Origin: Desulfuromonadales bacterium
GTDB lineage: Bacteria; Desulfobacterota; Desulfuromonadia; Desulfuromonadales; JBFHXN01
Direction: 5' to 3'
NCBI GenBank assembly: GCA_041598955.1
Contig: JBFHXN010000001.1
Location: 1-39,693 of the forward strand
DNA: 39,693 bases
The notes under the pieces are model-generated. The model did no database searches. It worked only from the letters and a program-made list of their open reading frames with translations, and was not told the origin of the DNA. Below are positions 1 through 8,059 of the stretch, piece after piece; position 1 is the stretch's first letter, and the number at the start of each line of letters is the position of its first letter. Made by a program: the position numbers and the translations under genes.

Positions 1-318
1 ACCCCGGCCCACAGCCTCCCGCGCGTCGCCATCGGTCACCTCCCGCCCGTCCAGTTCCTGAACCAGGGCGAGGGCCCCGTTGGCAAGGAGCCCTTCGCGG
101 ACCTTCTCGCCGAGCTCACCCTGCTCGCGATCCACGAAGAGAACGCGGATGCTCCCCTCGCCGGTGGCCTCCAGGATATTGTTCTGGACCAGGGAGACCA
201 CGAGCACCAGCACGGCCGGCATGAGAAACAGCACCAGAAGACCGCCCCGGTCGCGGAAGAGCAGCAGAAGTTCCTTGCAGAATGTTGCCCAGAATTTATA
301 CATGGTTCCGTCAGACAT
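1..318 (-). CDS. ABC-2 type transporter permease, N-terminal part (gene continues beyond left window edge)
   Basis: Not in the ORF track because it runs off the window. The reverse complement of 1-318 reads MSDGTMYKFWATFCKELLLLFRDRGGLLVLFLMPAVLVLVVSLVQNN... The F-x-K-E...RD motif followed by a hydrophobic TM1 is typical of ABC-2 permease N-termini. It starts 24 nt downstream of the ATPase stop. An alternative ATG lies at 303. Confidence 0.6.
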   Translation of the reverse strand, partial: MSDGTMYKFWATFCKELLLLFRDRGGLLVLFLMPAVLVLVVSLVQNNILEATGEGSIRVLFVDREQGELGEKVREGLLANGALALVQELDGREVTDGDAREAVGRG

Positions 319-342
319 AGGGTTCGGGCCGGGGCCCCGGAT

Positions 343-1188
343 TCAATCCCGCAGATGCTTGCCTGTCAGCCGCAGGAAGAGTTCCTCCAGGTTGGAGCAC
401 CCCTCGGCGCCGGCCACGAGAGCCTCCGGTGGACCTTCGGTGAGAACGCGCCCCGCATCGACTATGGCCAGGTGGGTACAGAGCTGCCGGGCCTCTTCCA
501 TGTAGTGGGTGGTATAGACCATGGTCATCCCCTCCCGGTTCAACCGGAGGAGGTTCTCCAGGATCATGTTTCTCGACTGGGCGTCGATCCCGACGGTCGG
601 CTCGTCGAGAAAGAGGACTCGCGGCTCATGAAGCACCCCCGCGGCAAGGTTGGCACGGCGCTTCATGCCCCCGGAGTAGGTCGCCACCGGCCGGTCGGCG
701 CTCTCTCCCAGACCGACCATCCGCAGGCACTCCCCGATCCTGCCCTCGAGGGCTTTGCCCCGCAGCCCGTGCAGCCGCCCGAAGTACCGCAGGTTCTCCC
801 GGCCGGTGAGGCTGGGGTAGAGGGCAATCTCCTGGGGGACCAGCCCGATCATGCGCCGGGCCTCCCGGGGCTGTTTCATCACATCGACGCCACAGAGGAT
901 CATCTCCCCCGAGGTCGGCAGAAGCAGGGTGGTCATGATGGAGATGGCGGTGGTCTTCCCCGCCCCGTTGGGCCCCAGAAGACCCAAAACGCCGCCCTCG
1001 GCGATGGAGACGCTGAACCCGTTCAGGGCCGGCTGGCCCCCCCGCCTATAGACCTTGACCAGATCCCGGGCGTCCAGGGCCTTGGGTTTCGCAGCCCCGG
1101 CGGGCTTGTCCTGCCTGCCCGCCATCGGCACCGTTGCGGACGCGTTCATCGGGTCGCTCCTCGAATCGCCTCGGGGGTTCTCAGGCAA
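343..1188 (-). CDS. ABC transporter ATP-binding protein (ABC-2/DrrA-like exporter ATPase)
   Basis: Walker A GPNGAGKTT, ABC signature YSGGMKRR, Walker B LFLDEPTVGID. The start is uncertain (ATG at 1188, 1149 or 1125). The 1188 start overlaps the upstream stop by 8 nt. Confidence 0.9.
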   Translation of the reverse strand: MPENPRGDSRSDPMNASATVPMAGRQDKPAGAAKPKALDARDLVKVYRRGGQPALNGFSVSIAEGGVLGLLGPNGAGKTTAISIMTTLLLPTSGEMILCGVDVMKQPREARRMIGLVPQEIALYPSLTGRENLRYFGRLHGLRGKALEGRIGECLRMVGLGESADRPVATYSGGMKRRANLAAGVLHEPRVLFLDEPTVGIDAQSRNMILENLLRLNREGMTMVYTTHYMEEARQLCTHLAIVDAGRVLTEGPPEALVAGAEGCSNLEELFLRLTGKHLRD

Positions 1189-2182
1189 GGGCCTTCCCCA
1201 AGCTCCGGAAGAGCCGCTCTTCCCGGTCGGCGCATTCCCTCAGGATGTCGGCCAGCGCGCCGTAGGAGGTTTCGGCCGCCCCCCGGCCCCTGCAGTTGCG
1301 GGCCCCGAAAAGGGCGAACTCCCGCCAGCGGTCCCCGACGGCGGTCATCTCTCCGGAGATCTCCAGCAGGCGCCTCTCTCCCAGGACCTCGGCCGCTTCC
1401 TGCAGAAACGCCGCGTAGATGAAGCGAAAACCGCCCCCCCCTGTGCCGATCTCCTCCTGCATGCGGATCATATGCCCCAGGTAGAGAGAGGCCTTGCGTG
1501 GCCCCAGTTTTTCGGGCCAGCGCTCTATCTGGCCGGCAAGGAGCCGCATCCCCCTCACGCCGATGACCGGAACGGGATTTTTCACCATGGCCCGGCAGAC
1601 CTCCCGGATACCGGATCGCACCGCCCCGGGGAGGTCGAAATGGACCGGTGCCCCCTGGAGGCTGTACATCCGACCGCGTGGGGCCAGAGCCCCCTTGGCG
1701 AAACGGGCCCGGGCCAGATCCTGCGCAGAACAGACCACCGGTTCGTCCAGGACTGGATCGCTGATAAGGTAATTCTCCCCCTCCTTGCCGATCACAACCA
1801 GGTTGTGGGCATTGAAATGGAAGCGCAGGGCCGGGGGAAAATAAGGAAGCCAGAAGACCCCGGTCTGCAGGCCCGTGGGAATCCCTTGTTGGAGGTTCTG
1901 GTCGAGTTTCGCCATGGCCTTGGCCGGCAGGCGAAAGCGGGCGGTCGTCACACGGGCCCCCAACCTCCTGGTGACACGCTTGAAAATGCCTCCCGGGGCG
2001 TTTCGAAAGGTAATCAACGGCAGGCCGTTGATGCGCACCATGGGAAGGTAGCCGAAAAAGAGGCCGCTTCCGATGCCAAAAGCCATAGCCTCTGAAAGGA
2101 GGATGCCCTGGTGCCTGAAGAGGTTGGCCGTCACGCCGCTTTCACAGTGGGCGGATTGGCGATGGGGAAATTCGAGATTCAC
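1181..2182 (-). CDS. BtrH N-terminal domain / DUF4872-like protein (papain-fold, acyl-ACP transferase-like)
   Basis: The N-terminus HRQSAHCESGVTANLFRHQG with a conserved Cys, the length of about 330 aa and the C-terminal helical region resemble the butirosin BtrH family as I remember it. ATGA overlap with the upstream gene at 2179-2182. Confidence 0.65.
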   Translation of the reverse strand: MNLEFPHRQSAHCESGVTANLFRHQGILLSEAMAFGIGSGLFFGYLPMVRINGLPLITFRNAPGGIFKRVTRRLGARVTTARFRLPAKAMAKLDQNLQQGIPTGLQTGVFWLPYFPPALRFHFNAHNLVVIGKEGENYLISDPVLDEPVVCSAQDLARARFAKGALAPRGRMYSLQGAPVHFDLPGAVRSGIREVCRAMVKNPVPVIGVRGMRLLAGQIERWPEKLGPRKASLYLGHMIRMQEEIGTGGGGFRFIYAAFLQEAAEVLGERRLLEISGEMTAVGDRWREFALFGARNCRGRGAAETSYGALADILRECADREERLFRSLGKALA

Positions 2183-2625
2183 GAATTCTGGTCTTTCTCA
2201 AGCGGGGTGCGGAGAAGGGGAATCTCCGGTCTTTTCGGGACAAGGCCCAGCTCTGAGGGTTTCACGCCGAAAACCTCGGCGTATCGAGCCAGCAGGGCCG
2301 GCTTGAGCCGGCGGAAGATATCCGGGCGAAGATGTCTCCGCACCCGCCAGCGGGCCAAACCGGCATAAGTGGCCAGAAGGGATATATCCATCTGGCAGCG
2401 TGCCATCTGGAACGCCAGCGGGCTCGCTTCCCCGGCGGCGACCCGGCGGATGGCCGCCTCGATCTCTTCGCTGATGACCTCCCAGGCCTGTATATTGGCG
2501 ATATTTGCCGGGTCCCAGCCGGCGCTGGGCGCCAGTACGTAACGCCCCTGCTCGTCGATGGCGTAGCAGATCTCCCGCCACTGGCCGAAAAGGCACTTAT
2601 CCTGAGGGACTTCATTCTTGCGCAT
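2179..2625 (-). CDS. hypothetical protein, possible C-terminal helix-turn-helix
   Basis: 148-aa ORF with high third-position G+C in this frame. The segment MDISLLATYAGLARWRVRRHLRP...LLARYAEVFGVKPSEL looks XRE-type HTH-like. I recognise no firm family. Confidence 0.55.
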   Translation of the reverse strand: MRKNEVPQDKCLFGQWREICYAIDEQGRYVLAPSAGWDPANIANIQAWEVISEEIEAAIRRVAAGEASPLAFQMARCQMDISLLATYAGLARWRVRRHLRPDIFRRLKPALLARYAEVFGVKPSELGLVPKRPEIPLLRTPLEKDQNS

Positions 2626-2714
2626 GGACCAGGGACTCCGAACTGCCTTGAAGACTTCTTGAAAACATTGAAATGGAAAAACAGCCCGTAGGAACCGCTA
2701 CAAGGAGGGACAGA

Positions 2715-2748
2715 GGGCCTTTCCCGATGCTTTAGTCGGAAAGGGCCC
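2715..2748 (-). terminator. imperfect GC-rich hairpin downstream of the PagL-like gene (weak terminator or RNA stability element)
   Basis: GGGCCTTTCCCGA-N8-TCGGAAAGGGCCC, 11 of 13 positions pairing. No clear U-tract follows on the minus strand. Confidence 0.2.
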
Positions 2749-2769
2749 CCTTTGAGTTGTCGGGCCCTC

Positions 2770-3396
2770 TCAGAAATAGCGGCCGAGTTGCAGAAAGACC
2801 GAGTTGATTCCCCGGTTCTCGCGATGCAACTCGGCGTTGGAGACGTGATGCCCCCGCAAAGCGGCGAACCAGGTGGATCCGTCGTCGCCCTCGATCTCCA
2901 GGCCTAAGCCTGCCTGGGGATTGAAGTTGATCCTCAGGCCCTGTCCTTCGACCCGGAAGTCGGTGTAGACCAGGCCGATTCCCGCCTCGACGTAAGGACG
3001 GCAGGAGGAGGTGGCCCAGGGCTCGAGAAAATAGAGGGCCAGCATGTTGGCCGAAGCCATCGCCCGGGTCCCGGGGGCCATGGCAAGTCCCGCGCTCCCT
3101 TCCACCTTGAAGCGCAGCGCCTGGGGCGCCCGGTGGGGCCAGACGCGGTCGTAGTCGAAAAGGGCCACGGCCGAGACCAGGGCAAAGTCGATGTCGTTGG
3201 TCGGATCGTATGTCAGGCCATAGCCGACACCGGCCCCAAACCGGGTTGGAAGGAGTTGACCCTCTTCGGCCCCGCCGGGGGAGACCGCGAGCAGAGGCAG
3301 GATCAGGGCGAGAAGGCCGGCCCGCCACCCCACGGGGGGCTGAGTTCTAAAACTCGCCACGGCGTACGGTAAAGGAGCCAAAGCTCCCTTCTCCAT
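2770..3396 (-). CDS. PagL-like acyloxyacyl hydrolase / lipid A 3-O-deacylase family outer-membrane beta-barrel
   Basis: Signal-peptide-like WRAGLLALILPLLAVSPGGA. Alternating beta-strand pattern ending in the aromatic GRYF. C-terminal HHVSNAELHRENRGINS matches the H-x-S-N catalytic motif of PagL. The start is uncertain: ATG 3396 overlaps the upstream gene by 50 nt, and GTG at 3360 or 3333 is possible. Confidence 0.7.
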   Translation of the reverse strand: MEKGALAPLPYAVASFRTQPPVGWRAGLLALILPLLAVSPGGAEEGQLLPTRFGAGVGYGLTYDPTNDIDFALVSAVALFDYDRVWPHRAPQALRFKVEGSAGLAMAPGTRAMASANMLALYFLEPWATSSCRPYVEAGIGLVYTDFRVEGQGLRINFNPQAGLGLEIEGDDGSTWFAALRGHHVSNAELHRENRGINSVFLQLGRYF

Positions 3397-4444
3397 CGAT
3401 TTTCAGGCCGTAGACCGCGCGATCCCCCAGAGGGCCCTTGGCAGCGGCCCGGAAGGGAGTGTGCCCGGAGTCTGCGCCGGGCTGGGCAAATACCCTCCCT
3501 TCGCGCACGGCCAACCCAGCCACGGCGAGGTCGAAGGCCGGCCCCACGGGCAGTGCGCCGAAGAGGGGCGCATAGGCACCCACCTCGGCGCCGGGCGGAA
3601 GAAGCCCCCCGTAACCCGCGGCACACCGGGCGTGGCCGTCGGCGCCGAGCAACAGCAGGGCGTTTTCGGGCACCTTTGGCGCTCCGGCCGAAAGCCGACC
3701 GAAGCCCAGGTCGGTGAGATGTCCATATCGGGCCGCGGTACCCCCGGCGCGGGTGAGGAGGAAAAAGGCGGCACCTTCCCCGACCATCGCGCTCTGGCGC
3801 TCGAAGTGCAGGGGGCGCATCTCAGCCACCGGCGGGCCGAAGAAGCGATCCCAGCAATACCCCAGCACCGGGCAGCACTCGTCGACGCCGCCGAAGAGGA
3901 CCGCGTCGACCCGTTGCTCAACAAGCCACTGGCGGGCGCTGAGCAGGGCCGAGAAAACCGACATCTCGAACTGGCTCACTGTCAGGCTCGGCCCGGTGGC
4001 GCCAAGCAGGATCGAGACGTGGGCCGCCGCGGCGTTGTGAACCGAGTTTGAAAAATGGGTCGGCGATGCGCAGCCGTCCCCATCGTCAAGAACCGAATCG
4101 AGAAAGGAGAAGGTGGTGCGGGTGGCGCCGTAGCCGGTGGCGATCACAACCCCCAGTCGCCCCCGGTCCGCCCCCTCCATCCCCGCATCCTGAAGCGCCA
4201 GATGGGCTCCAAGTAGGGCCAGACGGGAGATGTGGTCGATACGGCGAAAGGCCCGCTTGGGGATGAACTCTTCCAGCCGGGAACTATCGGCGAGCAGGGC
4301 GGGCCGGGAGCCCCCCCCTTCTCCGGGCGCCGTGGCAAGAGCGCCTATCCGACTGGCTCCGGAGTCCAGGGCCTGCCGCAGATCGTCCACCCCGCAGCCG
4401 AAACCGCCCACCACTCCGATTCCCTCGATTGCCAGCGCCGTCAT
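3347..4444 (-). CDS. beta-ketoacyl synthase-like protein lacking the active-site Cys (chain-length-factor-like partner)
   Basis: Thiolase-fold KS similarity throughout. At the position of the A-C-S-S nucleophile motif it reads GPSLTVSQFEMSVFSAL, with no Cys. ATGA overlap with the upstream KS at 4441-4444. Confidence 0.8.
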   Translation of the reverse strand: MTALAIEGIGVVGGFGCGVDDLRQALDSGASRIGALATAPGEGGGSRPALLADSSRLEEFIPKRAFRRIDHISRLALLGAHLALQDAGMEGADRGRLGVVIATGYGATRTTFSFLDSVLDDGDGCASPTHFSNSVHNAAAAHVSILLGATGPSLTVSQFEMSVFSALLSARQWLVEQRVDAVLFGGVDECCPVLGYCWDRFFGPPVAEMRPLHFERQSAMVGEGAAFFLLTRAGGTAARYGHLTDLGFGRLSAGAPKVPENALLLLGADGHARCAAGYGGLLPPGAEVGAYAPLFGALPVGPAFDLAVAGLAVREGRVFAQPGADSGHTPFRAAAKGPLGDRAVYGLKIDGEGSFGSFTVRRGEF

Positions 4445-5643
4445 GATTTGTCTCCCGACCCGAAAACAATCACAGCGTTGTTGCCGCCGAAGGCCAGCGA
4501 TTCAGAGAGTGCGACCCGGCCTCGAACGGGGATCGTTTTTACCGTGGGCCGCCCGGGCAGATCGGGATCGGGGGTCGAAAACCCGACACTGGCCGGGATC
4601 TCCTTGCGCTCCAGACAGGCGACGGTGAGAGCCGCCTCGATCGCCCCGGCCGCGCCGAGGGTGTGGCCGGTATATCCCTTGGTGGAGAAAAAGGGGGTCT
4701 GCGGCAGCACCTCGCTGAGAACCCGGCTCTCCACCCGGTCATTGTCCGGGGTGCCGGTGCCGTGGGCGTTGACGAAGTCGATCTCCCCCGGTTGGGCGCC
4801 GCTGGAGGCGAGAGCCTCGGCGATGGCCCGCTTCAGCCCTGACCCGTCGGGACTCGGAGCGGTCAGGTGGTAAGCATCGCAGGCCGAGCCGTAACCGAGG
4901 ACGTAGGATCGGGCTCGCACTCCCCTCCTGCGATGCACCTCCTCGGATTCAAGGACCAGCATCGCAGCCCCCTCGCCGAGGTTGAGCCCCCGGCGGCTGA
5001 GATCGAAGGGACGGACCGCTTCGGCGTCGGTAATCATCAAAGAGATGAAGCCGTTGTAGGTCACCCGGCAGAGCTCATCGGCCCCCCCGGCGATGGCCAG
5101 GTCGCAGAGGCCTGCGCGGATCCACGAGGCGGCCAACCCGACGGCATCGGTCCCCGAGGAGCAGGCGTTGACCACCGTCTGGCAGGGGCCCCCTAAGCCG
5201 TAGCGGCGGGCGATCGCCCCCGCCGGGTTGCTCTGCAGAAAGCGCTCGATGGGAGTCATCGCTGGGGCTTCTCCCCGGCGGTATTGGCTGTAGAACTCCT
5301 CGTTGTTCATGGCGCTGCCCACCGTTGTCCCGACGCAGACGCCGACGCGCAGTCCGGCCAGATCAGCCGGGGCCCAGCCCGCGTCGGCGAAGGCCTCCTG
5401 CGCCGCGGCCAAAGCCAGGCTGGAGGTTCGCAGCAGACCGCTCCCCTCCCCGGGGACCTCGGCCAGCGCCTCATCCGGCACCTCGAAAACGGGATAGCGA
5501 CCCGGATGGCCGGTGGAAACGCGGCCGGGCGGCAGGGGGTTGCGCTTGCCGGCAAAGAGCGCCCCGGTGCATTCGGCCAGGTTGTTGCCGGCGGCGCACA
5601 GGCAGCCGAGGCCGGTGACGGCAACGGGAGCCTGGGAGATCAT
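4441..5643 (-). CDS. beta-ketoacyl-ACP synthase (FabF/KAS II-like)
   Basis: Active-site VVNACSSGTDAV, His motifs NAHGTGTPDND and GHTLGAAG. ATGA overlap with the ACP stop at 5640-5643. Confidence 0.9.
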   Translation of the reverse strand: MISQAPVAVTGLGCLCAAGNNLAECTGALFAGKRNPLPPGRVSTGHPGRYPVFEVPDEALAEVPGEGSGLLRTSSLALAAAQEAFADAGWAPADLAGLRVGVCVGTTVGSAMNNEEFYSQYRRGEAPAMTPIERFLQSNPAGAIARRYGLGGPCQTVVNACSSGTDAVGLAASWIRAGLCDLAIAGGADELCRVTYNGFISLMITDAEAVRPFDLSRRGLNLGEGAAMLVLESEEVHRRRGVRARSYVLGYGSACDAYHLTAPSPDGSGLKRAIAEALASSGAQPGEIDFVNAHGTGTPDNDRVESRVLSEVLPQTPFFSTKGYTGHTLGAAGAIEAALTVACLERKEIPASVGFSTPDPDLPGRPTVKTIPVRGRVALSESLAFGGNNAVIVFGSGDKS

Positions 5644-5894
5644 GCCGAAGTCCGCTGCTCGATGAAGGCCGCCAGGGTATCAACGGACTGCAGCGCGGGA
5701 CGACCCTGCTCCATGTCCTTGATCTCGACCCCGAAGTGCTTCTGCACCAGGACCACCAGTTCGACGGCATCGAGAGAATCGAGGCCCAGCCCTTCGCCGA
5801 ACAGAGGAGCGTCATCGACGATATCCTCCGGGCTCATATCCTCCAGGTTGAGCTCTTCCACCAGCACCTTCTTGAGTTTTTCCTTGATCGTCAT
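5640..5894 (-). CDS. acyl carrier protein
   Basis: MTIKEKLKKVLVEEL...GLDSLDAVELV carries the phosphopantetheine Ser motif. The ATG at 5894 lies just after the upstream stop at 5899. The longer track ORF (to 6044) is an unlikely extension that overlaps the acyltransferase. Confidence 0.9.
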   Translation of the reverse strand: MTIKEKLKKVLVEELNLEDMSPEDIVDDAPLFGEGLGLDSLDAVELVVLVQKHFGVEIKDMEQGRPALQSVDTLAAFIEQRTSA

Positions 5895-5898
5895 CGCT

Positions 5899-6867
5899 TC
5901 AGGCTCCTTTGGTGATCGCGGCAGGACTCTCCCCCTCAGTCGTCGGGGGAGTCTGCCACATGTCGTAGAAATTGAAAAACTGAAAAGGATGTTCCCGGGT
6001 GAATTCCTCCAGCACGTCAGCGAACTGCTGGGCATAGGGGGCAAAGGCCTCGGCGCGGCGACCGAGATCGGGCGCCACCCGGATCACCCGGAAGAGCTTG
6101 AGCTCATAATGTCTGGGCCCGCTCTTGCAGGAGAAGAGGACTGCCACCGGAGCGCCGGTGGCCGAAGCGAGCTTGAAGGCGCTGAAAGGGAAAAGAGCCT
6201 TGGCGCCGAGAAAGTCGACCGCCACCCCGTTCTGGTCGTTGCCGAGCATGCGGTCGCCCATGACCGAAAGGACCTCTCCGTTTTTGAGAACCCCGAGCAT
6301 CTCCATGGTGCCGCCGAGAAAACCTCTGGGGTCGATGATCCGGTAGGGGCAGGCCAGACCGGCATGCTCGAAGTAGTGGCGGTCGATGTCCCCCTCTTCG
6401 CGCTGCATCAGAAGGCTGACGGGAACCTGCAGGAACCCGAGGGCGGACATGGCCACCTGCCAGCATCCGACATGGGCCGTCATCAGCACCAGGCCCTTGC
6501 CTTCGCCCAGAAGGGCGAGGAGTTCCTCCCGGCCGCCGAGTCCCATCCCCATCTGCTCGGGCCCCAGAATCCCGACCACCGCCCGGTCGACAAGCACCTT
6601 TCCGATCTCGAGGCTCAGCCGGTAGCTCTTCACCAGGCGCCTGAGTGTTCCGTCCCCGGGGTAGCGCCGGCGAAGATAATATTCGCTCTTGCGCCGCTGG
6701 TCGGGACGCAGCAGAACGTAGTACAGAACGACGAAATAGAGCAGCAGATAGGCCGCGCGCCTTCCTCCGAGCCGAATCAGCAGGTAGAAGATCCGGTGCT
6801 GCCAGTCGGCGCCGATGCTGCGGCTGCTCCACCCGGCCCTGCCCTCCTGTCCCTCAGCCGGCGACAT
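5899..6867 (-). CDS. LpxL/HtrB-like lysophospholipid/lipid A acyltransferase family protein
   Basis: N-terminal TM segment, then LVLMTAHVGCWQ (the H-x4-type motif region of late lipid A acyltransferases). Length about 320 aa. C-terminal PFQFFNFYDMW is typical of the family. Confidence 0.8.
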   Translation of the reverse strand: MSPAEGQEGRAGWSSRSIGADWQHRIFYLLIRLGGRRAAYLLLYFVVLYYVLLRPDQRRKSEYYLRRRYPGDGTLRRLVKSYRLSLEIGKVLVDRAVVGILGPEQMGMGLGGREELLALLGEGKGLVLMTAHVGCWQVAMSALGFLQVPVSLLMQREEGDIDRHYFEHAGLACPYRIIDPRGFLGGTMEMLGVLKNGEVLSVMGDRMLGNDQNGVAVDFLGAKALFPFSAFKLASATGAPVAVLFSCKSGPRHYELKLFRVIRVAPDLGRRAEAFAPYAQQFADVLEEFTREHPFQFFNFYDMWQTPPTTEGESPAAITKGA

Positions 6868-8059
6868 GGTTTTTCCTCTTCAGCGCCAGCGCCATGCCGT
6901 AGATCGTCACCCCGGCCACCGCAGCCAGGAAGGGACCGAGGACAAGGGAACCGAGGAGCCACTCGTACAGCCGCTCCAGTCCCTGGTAGCCGAGGGTCTC
7001 CAGGGAGATCTCGGTGAGGAATTCCCCCTTGCGCAGGAAATACCCCGTCTCGATGCACAGGGCGGGAACCAGAGGGGGCATGCAGAGCTGGCTGGCACCC
7101 ACAGCGGCCACCTTGTTCAGCCGGAGAAAGCCTGCGGCGAAGAGGATCGCGACGGTGTGGCAGGCAATCAAGGGCGCGGCGCCCAGAAAGACTCCAAGGG
7201 CGCCTGCGGCGGCCAGCTGAGCCGGGGAGGCATTTTCGGTCATCAGAAGACGCAGGGAGCGCCAGGGGTGCAGCACGCTCACTTTCGGTTCGCCTCCGGG
7301 CGACGGGACGATCTTCCGGTGGGGCCATGGCAGGACCGAGCGCATGGTCAGCCTGGTATTGAGCTGGGTCAGGCGAAGGTTGTCCATGAACCCCCGGAAG
7401 TGGGAGACCCTCTCCCCGGCTGGCGGGTAGTAGACGTAGATATCGACATCCACCAGGGGCACCCCGGCCCAGGCCGCCTTGACCAGAACCTCGACCTCGA
7501 AGGAGTAGTGGCTCTCGCCCAGATTCAGCCCCTCCAGAACGACGAGGGGATAGGCGCGGAAACCGCTCTGGGTGTCCCCAAGAATCTGGCCGGTCTGAAG
7601 TCGCAGCCAGAAATTCGAGAATTTCCGTCCGAACCGGCTGGAGCCCGGGACATTGTCGGTGTCGAAATCGCGTTTGCCGACCACTACCGAAAGGGGGCGC
7701 TCGGCGAGAGCCTCGAAAAAGCGTGGGAGGTCGGAAGGATCATGCTGTCCGTCGGCGTCGAGGGTGATGATGTGGGTCATCCCCAACCGACGGGCCTCCC
7801 TGGCGGCGGTCATGATGGCCGCCCCCTTGCCGCGGTTCTTCTCATGACGCAGCAGCCCCACCTCGAGGTCGCGGAGGGTTTCGCCGCCCCCGTCGGTGCT
7901 GCCATCATCGACCACCAGGACCTGCCCGTGCATTTCCAGGGCCTGCTTCACCACCTCCCGGACAGTCGCGGCGTGGTTGAAGAGTGGAATGACGACAAGG
8001 GTTTTTTGCCGGTCGTAGGTCACTTCATTTCTCTCCCAGGCGCTGGTTGCTGCGAGCAA
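6854..8059 (-). CDS. family 2 glycosyltransferase fused to a C-terminal DUF2062-like membrane domain
   Basis: VVIPLFNHAATV...VVDDGSTDGG and LDADGQHDP are GT-A/GT2 motifs. The C-terminal third is hydrophobic. An alternative GTG start at 8023 follows GGGAGAG and sits 1 nt after the upstream stop, so it may be the true start. Confidence 0.85.
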   Translation of the reverse strand: MLAATSAWERNEVTYDRQKTLVVIPLFNHAATVREVVKQALEMHGQVLVVDDGSTDGGGETLRDLEVGLLRHEKNRGKGAAIMTAAREARRLGMTHIITLDADGQHDPSDLPRFFEALAERPLSVVVGKRDFDTDNVPGSSRFGRKFSNFWLRLQTGQILGDTQSGFRAYPLVVLEGLNLGESHYSFEVEVLVKAAWAGVPLVDVDIYVYYPPAGERVSHFRGFMDNLRLTQLNTRLTMRSVLPWPHRKIVPSPGGEPKVSVLHPWRSLRLLMTENASPAQLAAAGALGVFLGAAPLIACHTVAILFAAGFLRLNKVAAVGASQLCMPPLVPALCIETGYFLRKGEFLTEISLETLGYQGLERLYEWLLGSLVLGPFLAAVAGVTIYGMALALKRKNHVAG

